DNA of 64,000 nt from assembly GCA_964016885.1 (NCBI GenBank), contig OZ024756.1:40610001-40674000 (forward strand), given 5' to 3'. Positions 37,562 through 49,200 of this stretch are shown one piece after another. The DNA is from Eledone cirrhosa (lineage: Eukaryota). The position numbers and the translations under genes were made by a program. The number at the start of each line of letters is the position of its first letter. Position 1 is the stretch's first letter. The notes under the pieces were generated by a model. The model was not told the origin of the DNA. It searched no databases and saw nothing but the letters and a program-made list of their open reading frames with translations.

Positions 37562-40500
37562 TTAGAATTTCTTTTTATTATGTTTTGCATAATGTTCGTG
37601 TAGATGTTTCTTGTATGCTTCCTGGTCTGACCAAAGTTCAGCAGCATAGGAATTCAAAGGACTGTCATTATTAGGTTCTGAGAAAAAGAGAGAGAATTGT
37701 TTGATAAAAGAATGAGTTAACATGAACAAATAAAATTTGGATAGATTTTACAGGCAAAAACCAATCATTTGATCAGGGTAGACCCCTGAGCAAATGATTG
37801 GATAACATCCAATCATTTGATCAGGGTAGACCCCTGAGCAAATGATTGGATAACAACCAATCATTTGATCAGGGTAGACCCCTGAGCAAATGATTGGATA
37901 ACATCCAATCATTTGATCAGGGTAGACCCCTGAGCAAATGATTGGATAACATCCAATCATTTGATCAGGGTAGACCCCTGAGCAAATGATTGGATAACAA
38001 CCAATCATTTGATCAGGGTAGACCCCTGAGCAAATGATTGGATAACATCCAATCATTTGATCAGGGTAGACCCCTGAGCAAATGATTGGATAACATCCAA
38101 TCATTTGATCAGGGTAGACCCCTGAGCAAAGGATTGGATAACATCCATGAGCACAGCTGGTCTTGTTTGGGGATCCAGCCGGATCAATTTGAAACTTGCT
38201 TCTGATAGGACCCACTGGAAGGTGTTTGAGGACTGTCTCCCCACTATTCAGGAATATGTGGGTGAAGAAGTTTGTTATACAACTTGAAAAATTATATTAT
38301 GTCTATGAGAATTATCTTCCTAACAACAAGAAAAAGCATTACAGTAAAATTGAGATTTGAAGTAAAAGGGAGTGTTTTACAATATCTAAAATTTGGAGCC
38401 TCACTGTTGTAACTTCAAATTGCACTACTCTTTAGATTAGAAAGTCAACTTAACCCTTTCATTAGCATGGTTCCAATGAAATACTTTGCCAATGTATTTG
38501 ATCTCCACCAGTTATAAAGCTAATCTAAACTACAGCCAATAGGCTGCTATTTATTTCATACTTAATACTGCTGTTGCAAGGAGTAAAGGACGAATTACTA
38601 GGTTTCAGGAAAATATTAGCCATGAAAATTCTAACTAGGGTCCTAAAAAACTGGGCTGTGGGTTGAGATCCCAGTTCTACTGAATGTTTATGATGATAAT
38701 ATTTACCTCCAAGTAAACTCTGAATAGACAGAAGAATGGTCCGCACATCATACAACGCTGACCACTTCTCCTTCAGAATATCCAAGCAGATATTACCCCT
38801 TTCGTCAACGTTTGGATGGAAACAGCCAGTGTCAAATTTAACTGAAGGTGCCTGGTAGGGGTAGCCACTTGGGAACTGCAACACTAGTTTAAACCGTAAA
38901 CCATCATAGACCTAAAACAGAAGAGATTATGTTATTAAAAAAAAAAAAAAAAAAAGATGGTGGATGGGAAATATCGGTAGAGCACCAGACATGCTTTTGA
39001 GCATTCTGAGTTCAAATCCCGCTGTGGTTAGCTTCTTTATGGGGCCATTGTAGGAGTTTGCAACAAGATAGCATATCAGCAGCTAAGAAAAAGAAATGCA
39101 CACCTAGTTGAACCCTCTCTCAAACTGCATTAAATAAGAGATTTCTCTGGTGTTTTAACCCTTTAGTATTTAAACCAGCCGTAACTGGCCAAACATACTG
39201 ATGTTAAGGTATTCTTCTCAAAATGTCCTAGATTCGTTAATATGTGAGGTAAAGCCTTTACTGTGAAAATACAATAGTATATATAGAGTAATGTAAATGT
39301 TAAAGGGTTAATAATAGGGTCCACCAGTCATATGAGAAATTTCTCTGGTGTTTTAATAATCGGGGCCTCCAGTCAGAGATTTCTCTGGTGTTTTAATAAT
39401 AAAGGCCTCCAGTCAGAGATTTCTCTGGTGTTTTAATAATAAAGGCCTCCAGTCAGAAATTTCTCTGGTGTTTTAATAATAAAGGCCTCCAGTCAGAGAT
39501 TTCTCTGGCATTTTAATAATAAAGGCCTCCAGTCAGAGATTTCTCTGGCATTTTAATAATAAAGGCCTCCAGTCAGAGATTTCTCTGGCATTTTAATAAT
39601 AAAGGCCTCCAGTCAGAGATTTCTCTGGCATTTTAATAATAAAGGCCTCCAGTCAGAGATTTCTCTGGCATTTTAATAATAAGGGCCTCCAGTCAGAGAT
39701 TTCTCTGGCATTTTAATAATAAGGGCCTCCAGTCAGAGATTTCTCTGGTGTTTTAATAATAAGGGCCTCCAGTCAGAGATTTCTCTGGTGTTTTAATAAT
39801 TGGGGCTTCCAACACTATGACTGCATCACGTTAAAAATTAAAGTCTTTTCTCTAAATAACAATGGGTGGTTTCAGACAGGTTGATATGAAAAGGGCTAAT
39901 TACCGTTCCTGGAGCCCCCTCAATTGTCCCAATCCACTTGAAGAGGTTATCGCCATCAGGGAATGCTGATACTCGATTATCACCAGAAGACTGCAACAAT
40001 AAAAATTTGAGAGCAATTAAAAGACAAGTGTTAAAACCTCACAGAAAAACATTAAAATTATAATAATTGTTTCTACATTGGCACAAGGCCAGCAATTTGA
40101 AGGGGAGGGGAAAGTTGACTACATCGAGCCCAGTGCGTTACTGGTACTTTATTTTATTGACTCCCGTAAGGATGAAAGGCAAAGGTAAGTTTGGCAGGAT
40201 TTGAAGTCAGAATGTAAAGAGACAGAGGGATGTAACTATATGATGCAAAGCTTGGTGTCCAATGCTCTACCAATTACTGTCAATCTTGTCCAACCCATGC
40301 ATGGAAAGTCAGACACACTATACTGCCAAACAACTCTCTTCAGGGATCCCAACCCCAAGAAACATCACTTGCTCTCCTATGGTGGATCATCACCTCTTCC
40401 TTAACAAGCAACATGTAGCCTGATGCTTGCTCTCTCATCTTATTCTTATCTTTACTGCTCTAGCTGGGCCAAAAGTCACAAGTGTCCAAATATCAGAGTT

Positions 40501-43500
40501 TTTGTACTTCTGTAGCTCAGTCTGATATTCCCCAATATTTATTGAAGAAAAAACAAAAAACAAAAGAGAACTTACCAGAAGCACCATCAGTTCTTGCTGA
40601 AGTCTGTGAAGGGAGGAAAAACATCAATGTTTTTGAGGTAATTAGTTAATCTAACATTAAAATATTGTATTTTAAATATATGTGTGGAGTGACTTGGGTA
40701 TTTTAAATATATGTGTGGCGTGACTTGGGTATTTTAAATATATGTGTGGAGTGACTTGGGTATTTTAAATATGTATGTGGCGTGACTTGGGTATTTTAAA
40801 TATATGTGTGGAGTGACTTGGGTATTTTAAATATATGTGTGGCGTGACTTGGGTATTTTAAATATATGTGTGGAGTGACTTGGGTATTTTAAATATATGT
40901 GTGGAGTGACTTGGGTATTTGTGTGGAGTGACTTGGGTATTTTAAATATGTATGTGGAGTGACTTGGGTATTTTAAATATATGTGTGGAGTGACTTGGGT
41001 ATTTTAAATATGTATGTGGAGTGACTTGGGTATTTTAAATATATGTAGTTTAACTCTTGAAGGAGTCATGAGGGCATGTACTGACATATGGCGTGACTTG
41101 GGTATTTTAAATATATGTATGGAGTGACTGGGGAATTTAAAATCTGTGTGTGGAGTTGTAGTGACATATGGCGTGAGGGTGAAATAAGTGAAAACACTGA
41201 AGCCCCAGACATGGGTTAACGCTGCCTAGAACACCCATCATGACTTTTACCAAAGATTATAACTGCTAAAGATACAAGTTCCATCTTCACACTATTCATA
41301 TAATAGTATATATTTAGTCTATTGTATGTCTGCTGCTACACTGAAAAAAAGGAAGATATTTAGTGTGGCTTAGTGGTTATAATGATGATGATGTGGGTTC
41401 AATTCCTGGACAGAGTAATGCGATGTTGCTCCAGTATACTGAGCTGAAAATGAGTCTTTGCGATAGACTGGCGCCCTGTACAGGAGGAAGTCTTGTACTC
41501 TCAGTAGCTTAATACCAAGGAAACCAGGGTAAGCACCAGCATAATGAGCCCCCAGGCTTCAGACAGGCTTTAAACTTTAAAAAAAAAGAAAAATCAAATG
41601 TCGGATTCGTAACTTATTTATTAAACCCTGTATGTGCAAGCTTCATTATAGTGAGATGATCACTTGCAGTCTACAGTATTAATGGCAGTCACATTTTGAG
41701 GTTCCAGACTGGAAATAGAAATGTGTTTACTTTCTGCTTCTGTGGAAATACCGAAATATGCTTATTTTGTCTATATATGTTTCCATTTTCTGCATTCATT
41801 TTATTGCAGGGGACTTCAATCACCCTGAGATTGACTGGGAAACCTTTCGTTGGCTGCCAAGTGCAAATGACTTCCTTGAGTTAGTGCTGAACTCGAGTTG
41901 GTCCCAAGTAGTCATCTCCCCAACAAGAGGTGACAACACTTTGGACCTACTCTTCACCACTACTCCTGAAACGGTCATTAGTGTTACTGCTGAGGAACTT
42001 TTAGGTGACTCCGATCATGCTATGATCATTGCCAATCTATCCCTCATGGGCAGTAACAAGAACCACAACCATCTCCAAACTGCTCACTTTGACTGGAATA
42101 AAGCAGACTGGAACTGTTACTGCACCGAGTTGCAACGTCCAAAGTGGCTTGAGTTCTACGACTCTGGAGATGTCAACACTGTACTCTAGAACATCCTGAG
42201 CTCAATATGGACAGCATGTGCAGCATCGGTGCCACATAAGCAGAAAAAACATCCCAAAAGTGCAATTTGGGAGACTGCAGCAGTCCGTCTTGCCAGAAAA
42301 GAATGTTGTAATGCTGAACGTGAGTACAAACTGCATAAATCAGATATCAATAGGAAGAGGCGAAATAAATCATCCAACCACCTCAAACAGGTGACAAAAA
42401 AGGCAGTGCTTCAATTTGAGCAGCGCATAGCAACCAGCCCTGACAGTATGTTCACTCAAAGCAGAGGCCTCACTCTCCAGTTGGTCCTCTTCACAATCCC
42501 CACAAGCCAGGTTACTGACGACCCCAAGGAATGCGCAGAGCTCATTGCTGAATGTTATGCAGGCATTTTCACTATTGAAGACCAGAGTGTACCGTCTCCA
42601 CCACCTATGACACCGGAATCTATTACAACCATGGAATTTACACCTGCAATGCTGCGACGTCACTTTAAAAATAAACGCAACCATGCCTCTCCTGGCCTTG
42701 ATGGTGTTACGTACCTGCTTCTTAAACGTGGTGGGTACTTCCTTCTGCACCAGCTATCACGCTTCTTCCAATTCTGTCTGAACAACGGTGCTACTCCAGA
42801 ACAGTGGAAAACTGGCAGTGTCATTCTTCTGTTCAAAAAGGGTGACCGCACATCACCTGTGAACTATCGTCCAGTCAGTCTTACTAGTTGCATTGCCAAA
42901 CTGATGGAATCCTGTGTCAGAGAAACACTTTGGAACTTCTGGAACACTCACAGTCTTATCTGGCCCTTGCAATTTGGATTTCTCCCTAACTCCAGCTGCT
43001 GTGATCAAATTATCGAGTTTCTTGAAGACATCACCCGGATCACTGATGGCGGCTCATGGGTGGATGTTGTTTACCTTGACTTTGTGAAAGCTTTCAAAAC
43101 TCTCTGCAATGGGTGTGAAGGATGATCTTTTTAACTGGTTGAAGTCCTTCATTCTCAGTATAAGAGAGGTAGTCACGGTTCTGGGACAGCATTCCTCACC
43201 ATGAGATGTCATCTGGTGTACCACAGGGATCTGTTCTTGGCCCCCTTTTGTTTGTGGCATATATTAATGACATAGATGCCAACTTAAAGAATGCCACAGT
43301 ACTGAAATACGCAGTTGACATCAAGCTGTACCTTGAGATAAAAAGGGCAGATCCTGAACACTATAGATCTTGCTTGCAGTCTGACCTGGACACAATGCAA
43401 CAATGGATCACAGACTGGCAACTCAAGCTAGCTGTGGACAAGTGTACCACCATGCATTTTGGGAGTAAAAACCCAGCGTCCACATACTCTCTCCACAATA

Positions 43501-45945
43501 CTAATATCAAGAAGTCTTCTTGTGAACGTGACCTGAGCATTACGGTCAGCAGCGATTTGTGTTGGACAAAGCACGTCTCTAAAATTGTCAAGAGGGCCGA
43601 GGGTGTCTTAGCATCACTCAGCAAGACATTTGTCAGGCGCTCTCCAGCTATCTATTTAAAGCTGTATATAGCTATGGTGCAGCCACACTTAGAATTTGCA
43701 TCATCAGTCTGGAACCCCTATCTTGCTCAGAGCATTGACCTCCTGGAAACTATTCAGACGTGCAGCCAAGCGAATACCCTCCATCAGGCATCTACCATAC
43801 TCTGAACACCTTGCTTCCCTGGGCATGGATACATTGAAGCTCCAACGCCTGGCAACTGACTTGGTAAACACCCACAAAATTGTTAACCATCTTGCCAACA
43901 GCAACCCTGAGTACCTTTTTTCCATGTGTCTAACACATGTGGGCATGCCCACATAGTCAGAAAACAGCACAGTTCCCATGACTTTCGGAAACATTTTTTC
44001 ACGCTCAGAGTTGCTGAAGCATGGAACAAACTACCTGCATCAGTTGTTAGCTGTCGAGACACTGCATCCTTTAAAACCTCCACGCTTCCCGAGATTCGCC
44101 AACACTACACCTAATGTTCCCCTTCCATACACATACATACATGTATATCATGACTCATACACTATTCACTTCCCTGACATTTGTATATTCTATGTACTAT
44201 ACATGCACCTTTGACGAGTTGTAGTGCACCTGAGCACTTTACATAATAATTTCATCATTATTATTATTATATTGCCAGCTGAAGATAAGTACACTAACCA
44301 TTTATTTTAAATTATCAATCAAAGCAGCAGATATAAACATTTTCTCTCGTCGTTTGTGTCTACGTCTAGCTTTTCGATTTTCTGTCTGGAAATTTCACTT
44401 TATTTGTACCTCAAAATAGGACTGTACCTACTAATTAACACCATGTTTAAGCATATTCTTTCATTCCTATCCGAGATTAACTAGAGGTGATATCCACGAA
44501 AAGTATATATAGTAAATTTATTTTATACATATAGTTAAATCGATTGATTATCCAACCACCACGTGTAAGTGATTTTATGTGGCTTTTATCAATCACTCGA
44601 ACTATACATAATTGCAATTGAACTTGGGCAAAACATTCTACAATTAAGAGAAAACTTATTGGAAAGTAAGTCTTTAAAGAATAATATTAATAATACTAGA
44701 AATATATATAATTTTGTTCCGGAATGACAGCGACACACTGGAAAGGAACTGGGAACCGTGGATAGATTAGAACTTTCTAACAGGACATCAGAAGAAAGTA
44801 TTGTTTTCTTATTTTGACAAAAAGTCAAGCAAAATTGTCGGGAGTCGATTATTTCCAAACCACAGTATTTGACTGGTACTTTATTTTATCGACCTCGGAA
44901 GGATGAAAGGTAAAGCTGACTCCAAGTTGGATTTGAACTCAGAACGTAAGGAACCATTGATTAGAATTTTATCCGACGGTTAAGAAACGACGAAAGAAAA
45001 AAATATATTTAAAAAAATGGACCAGGCAGAAAGTAATTTCAAACCGTTAGTGAAGTTATTTCAGAATATTCTCCACTTTAGACCAGTCGGTTATAATATA
45101 AATAAATGTAACGAGAGAAAAACTAGTTGAAATAGTTGAAGTTTATATAAGTTATAACGGTTAAATTGTTCAGCTGATCCCAGCTCAACATGACGACGAC
45201 CACGGCTCAACAAGTCAATCAACTTTTAACACACACATAAATAATTATACAAGTCACAATACTAATTAATCCAGTTGACTAACTAACAAGCTGGGAAGTT
45301 ACTCAAAAACTATTCTGTATGAGTGTTAAGTATCTCTTCCATTCTCTGAAGAATATTGACAGAGAGGAGAAAGAACGAGGAAAAATAAAACAGCGCAGTA
45401 ATAGTCAGTATTTTAAAATATTCGAAACAAAATAAAAATATTTAATAATAAAACTTCAAATTTTCAGCCGTTGGTCAAGTTATCCAAAGAAATTAATTCA
45501 ATAATTAAATTTATAATCAATTTGATCATTTAACGAATTTGTTAGTTGATGGTCGGAGGAAAGACGGAGGTGAAATATTATTTTTTAATGTTAATTAAAC
45601 CAATTAAATTTTAAAAACGATAATTAATTGTATTTATTATGTGTTTATATTTTCATTGAGAATTATAAACAATTTATAATGTTATTTATATACAACGGTG
45701 AATAAACTTTAAAAAATATTTAATTTATAGTAAGCAAGCTTGAATATTTTTTTTTTTTAGGAAGTTAGAAATTGAATATATATATATATATATATATGTG
45801 TGTATATATATATATATATGTGTGTGTATATATATATGTATGTTTATAGATACCTCTTGCTAACAGAATGGTTATCTTTGGCAGTTGTGCTATTAGGTTC
45901 TTTCCTAGTGGTACTGGCAGCAGGATCTCTGTTCTGAGAGGCCAT
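37562..45945 (-). CDS. UBE2C: Ubiquitin-conjugating enzyme E2 C, 5 coding exons
   Basis: Exons 45945-45854, 40603-40576, 39990-39904, 38911-38707, 37677-37562. They give [10 protein letters not shown]...[11 protein letters not shown]...[18 protein letters not shown]...[57 protein letters not shown] motif, catalytic Cys and the UBE2C-specific N-terminus are present. Confidence 0.96.
37760..38147. repeat. 48-bp minisatellite, 8 copies, in the last UBE2C intron
   Basis: Unit TCATTTGATCAGGGTAGACCCCTGAGCAAATGATTGGATAACA(T/A)CCAA. Confidence 0.95.
39159..39307. mobile_element. piggyBac-type MITE in a UBE2C intron
   Basis: TTAA-CCCTTTAG...TTAAAGGG-TTAA; same family as 21369-21550. Confidence 0.85.
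39335..39805. repeat. 40-bp minisatellite, about 12 copies
   Basis: Unit TTCTCTGG(TG/CA)TTTTAATAATAA(A/G)GGCCTCCAGTCAGAGAT. Confidence 0.95.
40667..41155. repeat. 31-bp minisatellite
   Basis: Unit TATATGTGTGG(A/C)GTGACTTGGGTATTTTAAA. Confidence 0.93.
41800..44270 (+). mobile_element. 5'-truncated, decayed non-LTR retrotransposon (CR1-like LINE ORF2: APE endonuclease end + reverse transcriptase) in UBE2C intron 1, antisense to host
   Basis: ORF pieces carry [23 protein letters not shown] (APE) and [45 protein letters not shown] (mutated YADD), [14 protein letters not shown]. An in-frame stop, frameshifts and an internal deletion near 43100 disrupt it. It ends in an (ATT)n tail at ~44255-44270. 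Confidence 0.9.
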
Positions 45946-46290
45946 CGAGTGCGAAATTTAATTAGATAAAAAAAAGATAGACAAGGAATTGGTTAAGGAA
46001 GACAAGAATAATGAAAGATTTTCAATGTAGTTTGTTATTGATGAGCTAAATCAATAATTAATGTCGATACAAATGTTAACTTTTAAGACCACAATCACAC
46101 TCTGCCTGGACAAGTTTGAAAATTATGCTTGTAAAACGATTCAACCAATCAAATACGAATGAAATCAAAAGTAGCCAATCAGTGAAGGTTTTAAGTGAGT
46201 TTGTTAGTTTCAACCAATGAAAACGTATGTTATCTAGTTGTATTGATATCAGTTTCTCTTCCGGTAGAAACACATGTTTTGAAGATTCCC
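45946..46290. promoter_or_regulatory. Putative bidirectional promoter UBE2C / MCUR1
   Basis: 345 bp between divergent ATGs. CCAAT at 46145, 46175, 46214; TTTGAA at 46115 and 46278; ETS-like CTTCCGG at 46258. Confidence 0.65.
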
Positions 46291-49200
46291 ATGGCGTCTG
46301 CTCGCTTCACTGTTTTACCTTTACTACGGAAAAGTCAGTTGATTTTGGAGAAGAATTATAAAAATGATAAACTTTCCTTTCTCTACAGTAAGTCTTACTT
46401 TCTTTCCGATTGTTTAAATAAATATTTATATGATTTTATGATCAGAGGCTTCTAATTGATCCATAATTAAAAGGAGTTTTTTTTTCAATCTATTACATAT
46501 GCGATGATATATATATATATTATATATTAGTAATAATGAATACAAAGGCCAAAATCCACAGAGGACTCGGTATATATATATATAGATATGTGTGTGTGTA
46601 TATATATACAAACCTGTAGAACAAATATTTATTAGTACAGAGTAAAATTTTATGCAAAGAATTTCTGCTTTCACCCTAATCGGAGATCATGTACCCCCCC
46701 CCCCATATATATATATATATAAATATAAGTATGTATACGTAGATACATATATGTATATATACATACATGTACACATATATATATGTACGTATGGATTTAC
46801 CGAACATTTATTATAATGCTCGATGTGTTTGTATACATACTTATATTTAAGTAACAGCCGTACTAAGAGTGAGAAATGAAATTTTCGTTTCATTTTTTCC
46901 GTTTATATATATATATATTTATATATACATACATATATATACACACACGTATCGTCGTCTCTCAAAAGTAGAAATCTGATGGTTACATAATTTGTTCCTG
47001 ACCTAGTATAAGACAAACTTGTGTGGTTGTTTTTCGGTTAAGAATTAATTATATAACGGAAACATTTTACTTTGTTTACTGTAAAAAAAACTTTGTGTGA
47101 TCGTTGTTGGTGTCATTCATTCATCTTGGCCAGTTTCGAATGCTAACATCACACCTTGGAATTATTTGTTCATTATATATTAAAAAAACAACAGCTGTTT
47201 TTGGACATTTTTTTTTCTACATCGGTGATTCAGAATCTTTGTCATTTTTTTAAAAAATTGTTTGTGTGTTTTTTGGGAGTGGTGGGGTTTAATCTATGAA
47301 AATATTCGACTAATTAAAGCCACGAGCAAATCGTTAAAAATAACTGCTCCACTTTCACTTTATGTGAGAAAGGTTTCTTATTACGAAGTCGGCAGATGGT
47401 CTGCCAGAACACTTTATTTGCTGATCTGAAGTCGCATTCCAGTTTAACCCTAAAGTCCTCCCATGTCTTAACTTTGGGAGGTTTTACGTGCCTGCTTGTA
47501 CCGCAAGTGCAAGAAGGAGGACTTATTTCCAAGCCAAGCTTTGTAAGTCTCCTAGGATAAGAAGAAGACTTTCGCTTCGTTAATCGTTAATCATTGATGT
47601 AACCAACTTATTTGTCATTTGTTTCAAGAATTTTTGTAGATTTTTTTCATTTTTGTCCTTGTTCTTTAGATTTGTGTTTCTTTTAGTTCTCGTTTAAAAA
47701 AAAAAAATTAAGTAAGAATAAACATAAAATAATTCTACAACAACTCAAAATATTTAAATCCAATGACAAGAAGATTTCGCCGGTCACCAAACTCCATGAT
47801 ATTAGCTACATCTTAACAAGTTCAAATGATACTGGAGGATCGCTAATTAATACGTATTAATTAATGATTTATAATTTACACGCAAGGCCACTAATTTTGA
47901 TGAGGAGTGTGTAAAGTAGATTAAACCTTTACTGGTACTGTTATGGATTAGGGAAGAGTCCATAATGAATACAGAGCTTCTATATGTAACTACAATGTGT
48001 TTTATCCGACGTACTAATGATTCTATCAATCCACCGCCCATGTCTATTACTGACCTTTGATGGGAATTCTTTCAGAGTAAAGTACCCGAATCAAACGATG
48101 AAAGGCGTTATTAGTGTGGTACATCGTTTTACAGAACAACCCACCCCTCTTCCGTCCACTGGCGAAATGTTTTCCTAGTTTGTTTTATAAGTATGTATGC
48201 GAATACCACGTAGAATTCTAACGATTCTGCCTGTTTAATGTCATAGGTCACTTTATATACAACCGGAAAACTTGAAACTAATTTACTACCTACATCAGTG
48301 AAGTAATCTATAAAATGTTGGGAATCATTTGCAGTCCGAGGGTTATTATAACGAGGGTCGACCAATTTATAGTTGGTCCACTCGATTGATCTAGGTGCAA
48401 AGCTATTAATAATCGCAATTTCCAAGGTCAACACTTTGCGATTTCGGATAAACATGTTGAAGAAATCCTCCTTTGTCGGTGTCTCCGTGATACCTAACCT
48501 CCTTTGTCGGTGTCCCCGTGATAGCTAACCTCCTTTGTCGGTGTCCCCGTGATACCTAACGACACAAAAACTGTTCAACTCTACACCACGAATTAAACTT
48601 TCATCTCTTTCAACTTCATGATTCAGGCCTCCGCATCTCACCTTGATGTCACCTAACAGTTTTCACGGCAGTATTTATCCCTCCTGCTTCAACGACACAG
48701 ATCAACAGGGACTTCACATACATATGCGATAGATGTTCCAATTTCAATTATTTTTCTCGAAATATGTTGCTTCATGCAGAAACTGTTTTTTTTTTTTTTA
48801 AATATTCATAGTGAGACATACGTATGTCTCATACAAAAACATTATATCTGCTTTCATATACACCTCTATTGTGAAGCAAGCTGTGTTGCTACTGCTGCTA
48901 ATTAGTCCTAGCTGCTAAAGGTCGCACTATATGGAAATGAGAAGCCTCAGTACATGTTTCATACGACAAAACGTATATAAGCTATAGCTTCTTCCTGTCT
49001 CGGTACTAAGTGGGTAAACATCATTGATAGAAAGCCAGAAGCACGTGTCTGGCATTATCACACGGCCACTGAAGGTTGTTGTGACTTGATCACTACTTAA
49101 AACATTCCTAGTGAGACATGTTTTAAATGTTAGACAAGTCGTGACAAACAAAATAATGTTATAAGATAACTTTTGCCTGCATATATTATTATCCACACGA

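Noticed and set aside
36771-37647. 264-aa ORF with HIIQVQSQS repeats and antisense TEIEPGLCV ORFs, superficially like a repetitive structural or amyloid protein
   Set aside because: Open only because the 27-bp unit lacks stops. There is no signal peptide or codon-level divergence, and it lies directly behind the UBE2C stop.
37748-38215. Cys-rich repeat ORF ([16 protein letters not shown])n
   Set aside because: 48-bp intronic minisatellite derived from a LINE remnant, inside the UBE2C intron.
42229-43805. Reverse transcriptase as a domesticated gene or retron-like system
   Set aside because: The catalytic YADD is mutated, there are frameshifts and a deletion, and it has a typical LINE (ATT)n tail; an ordinary decayed LINE.
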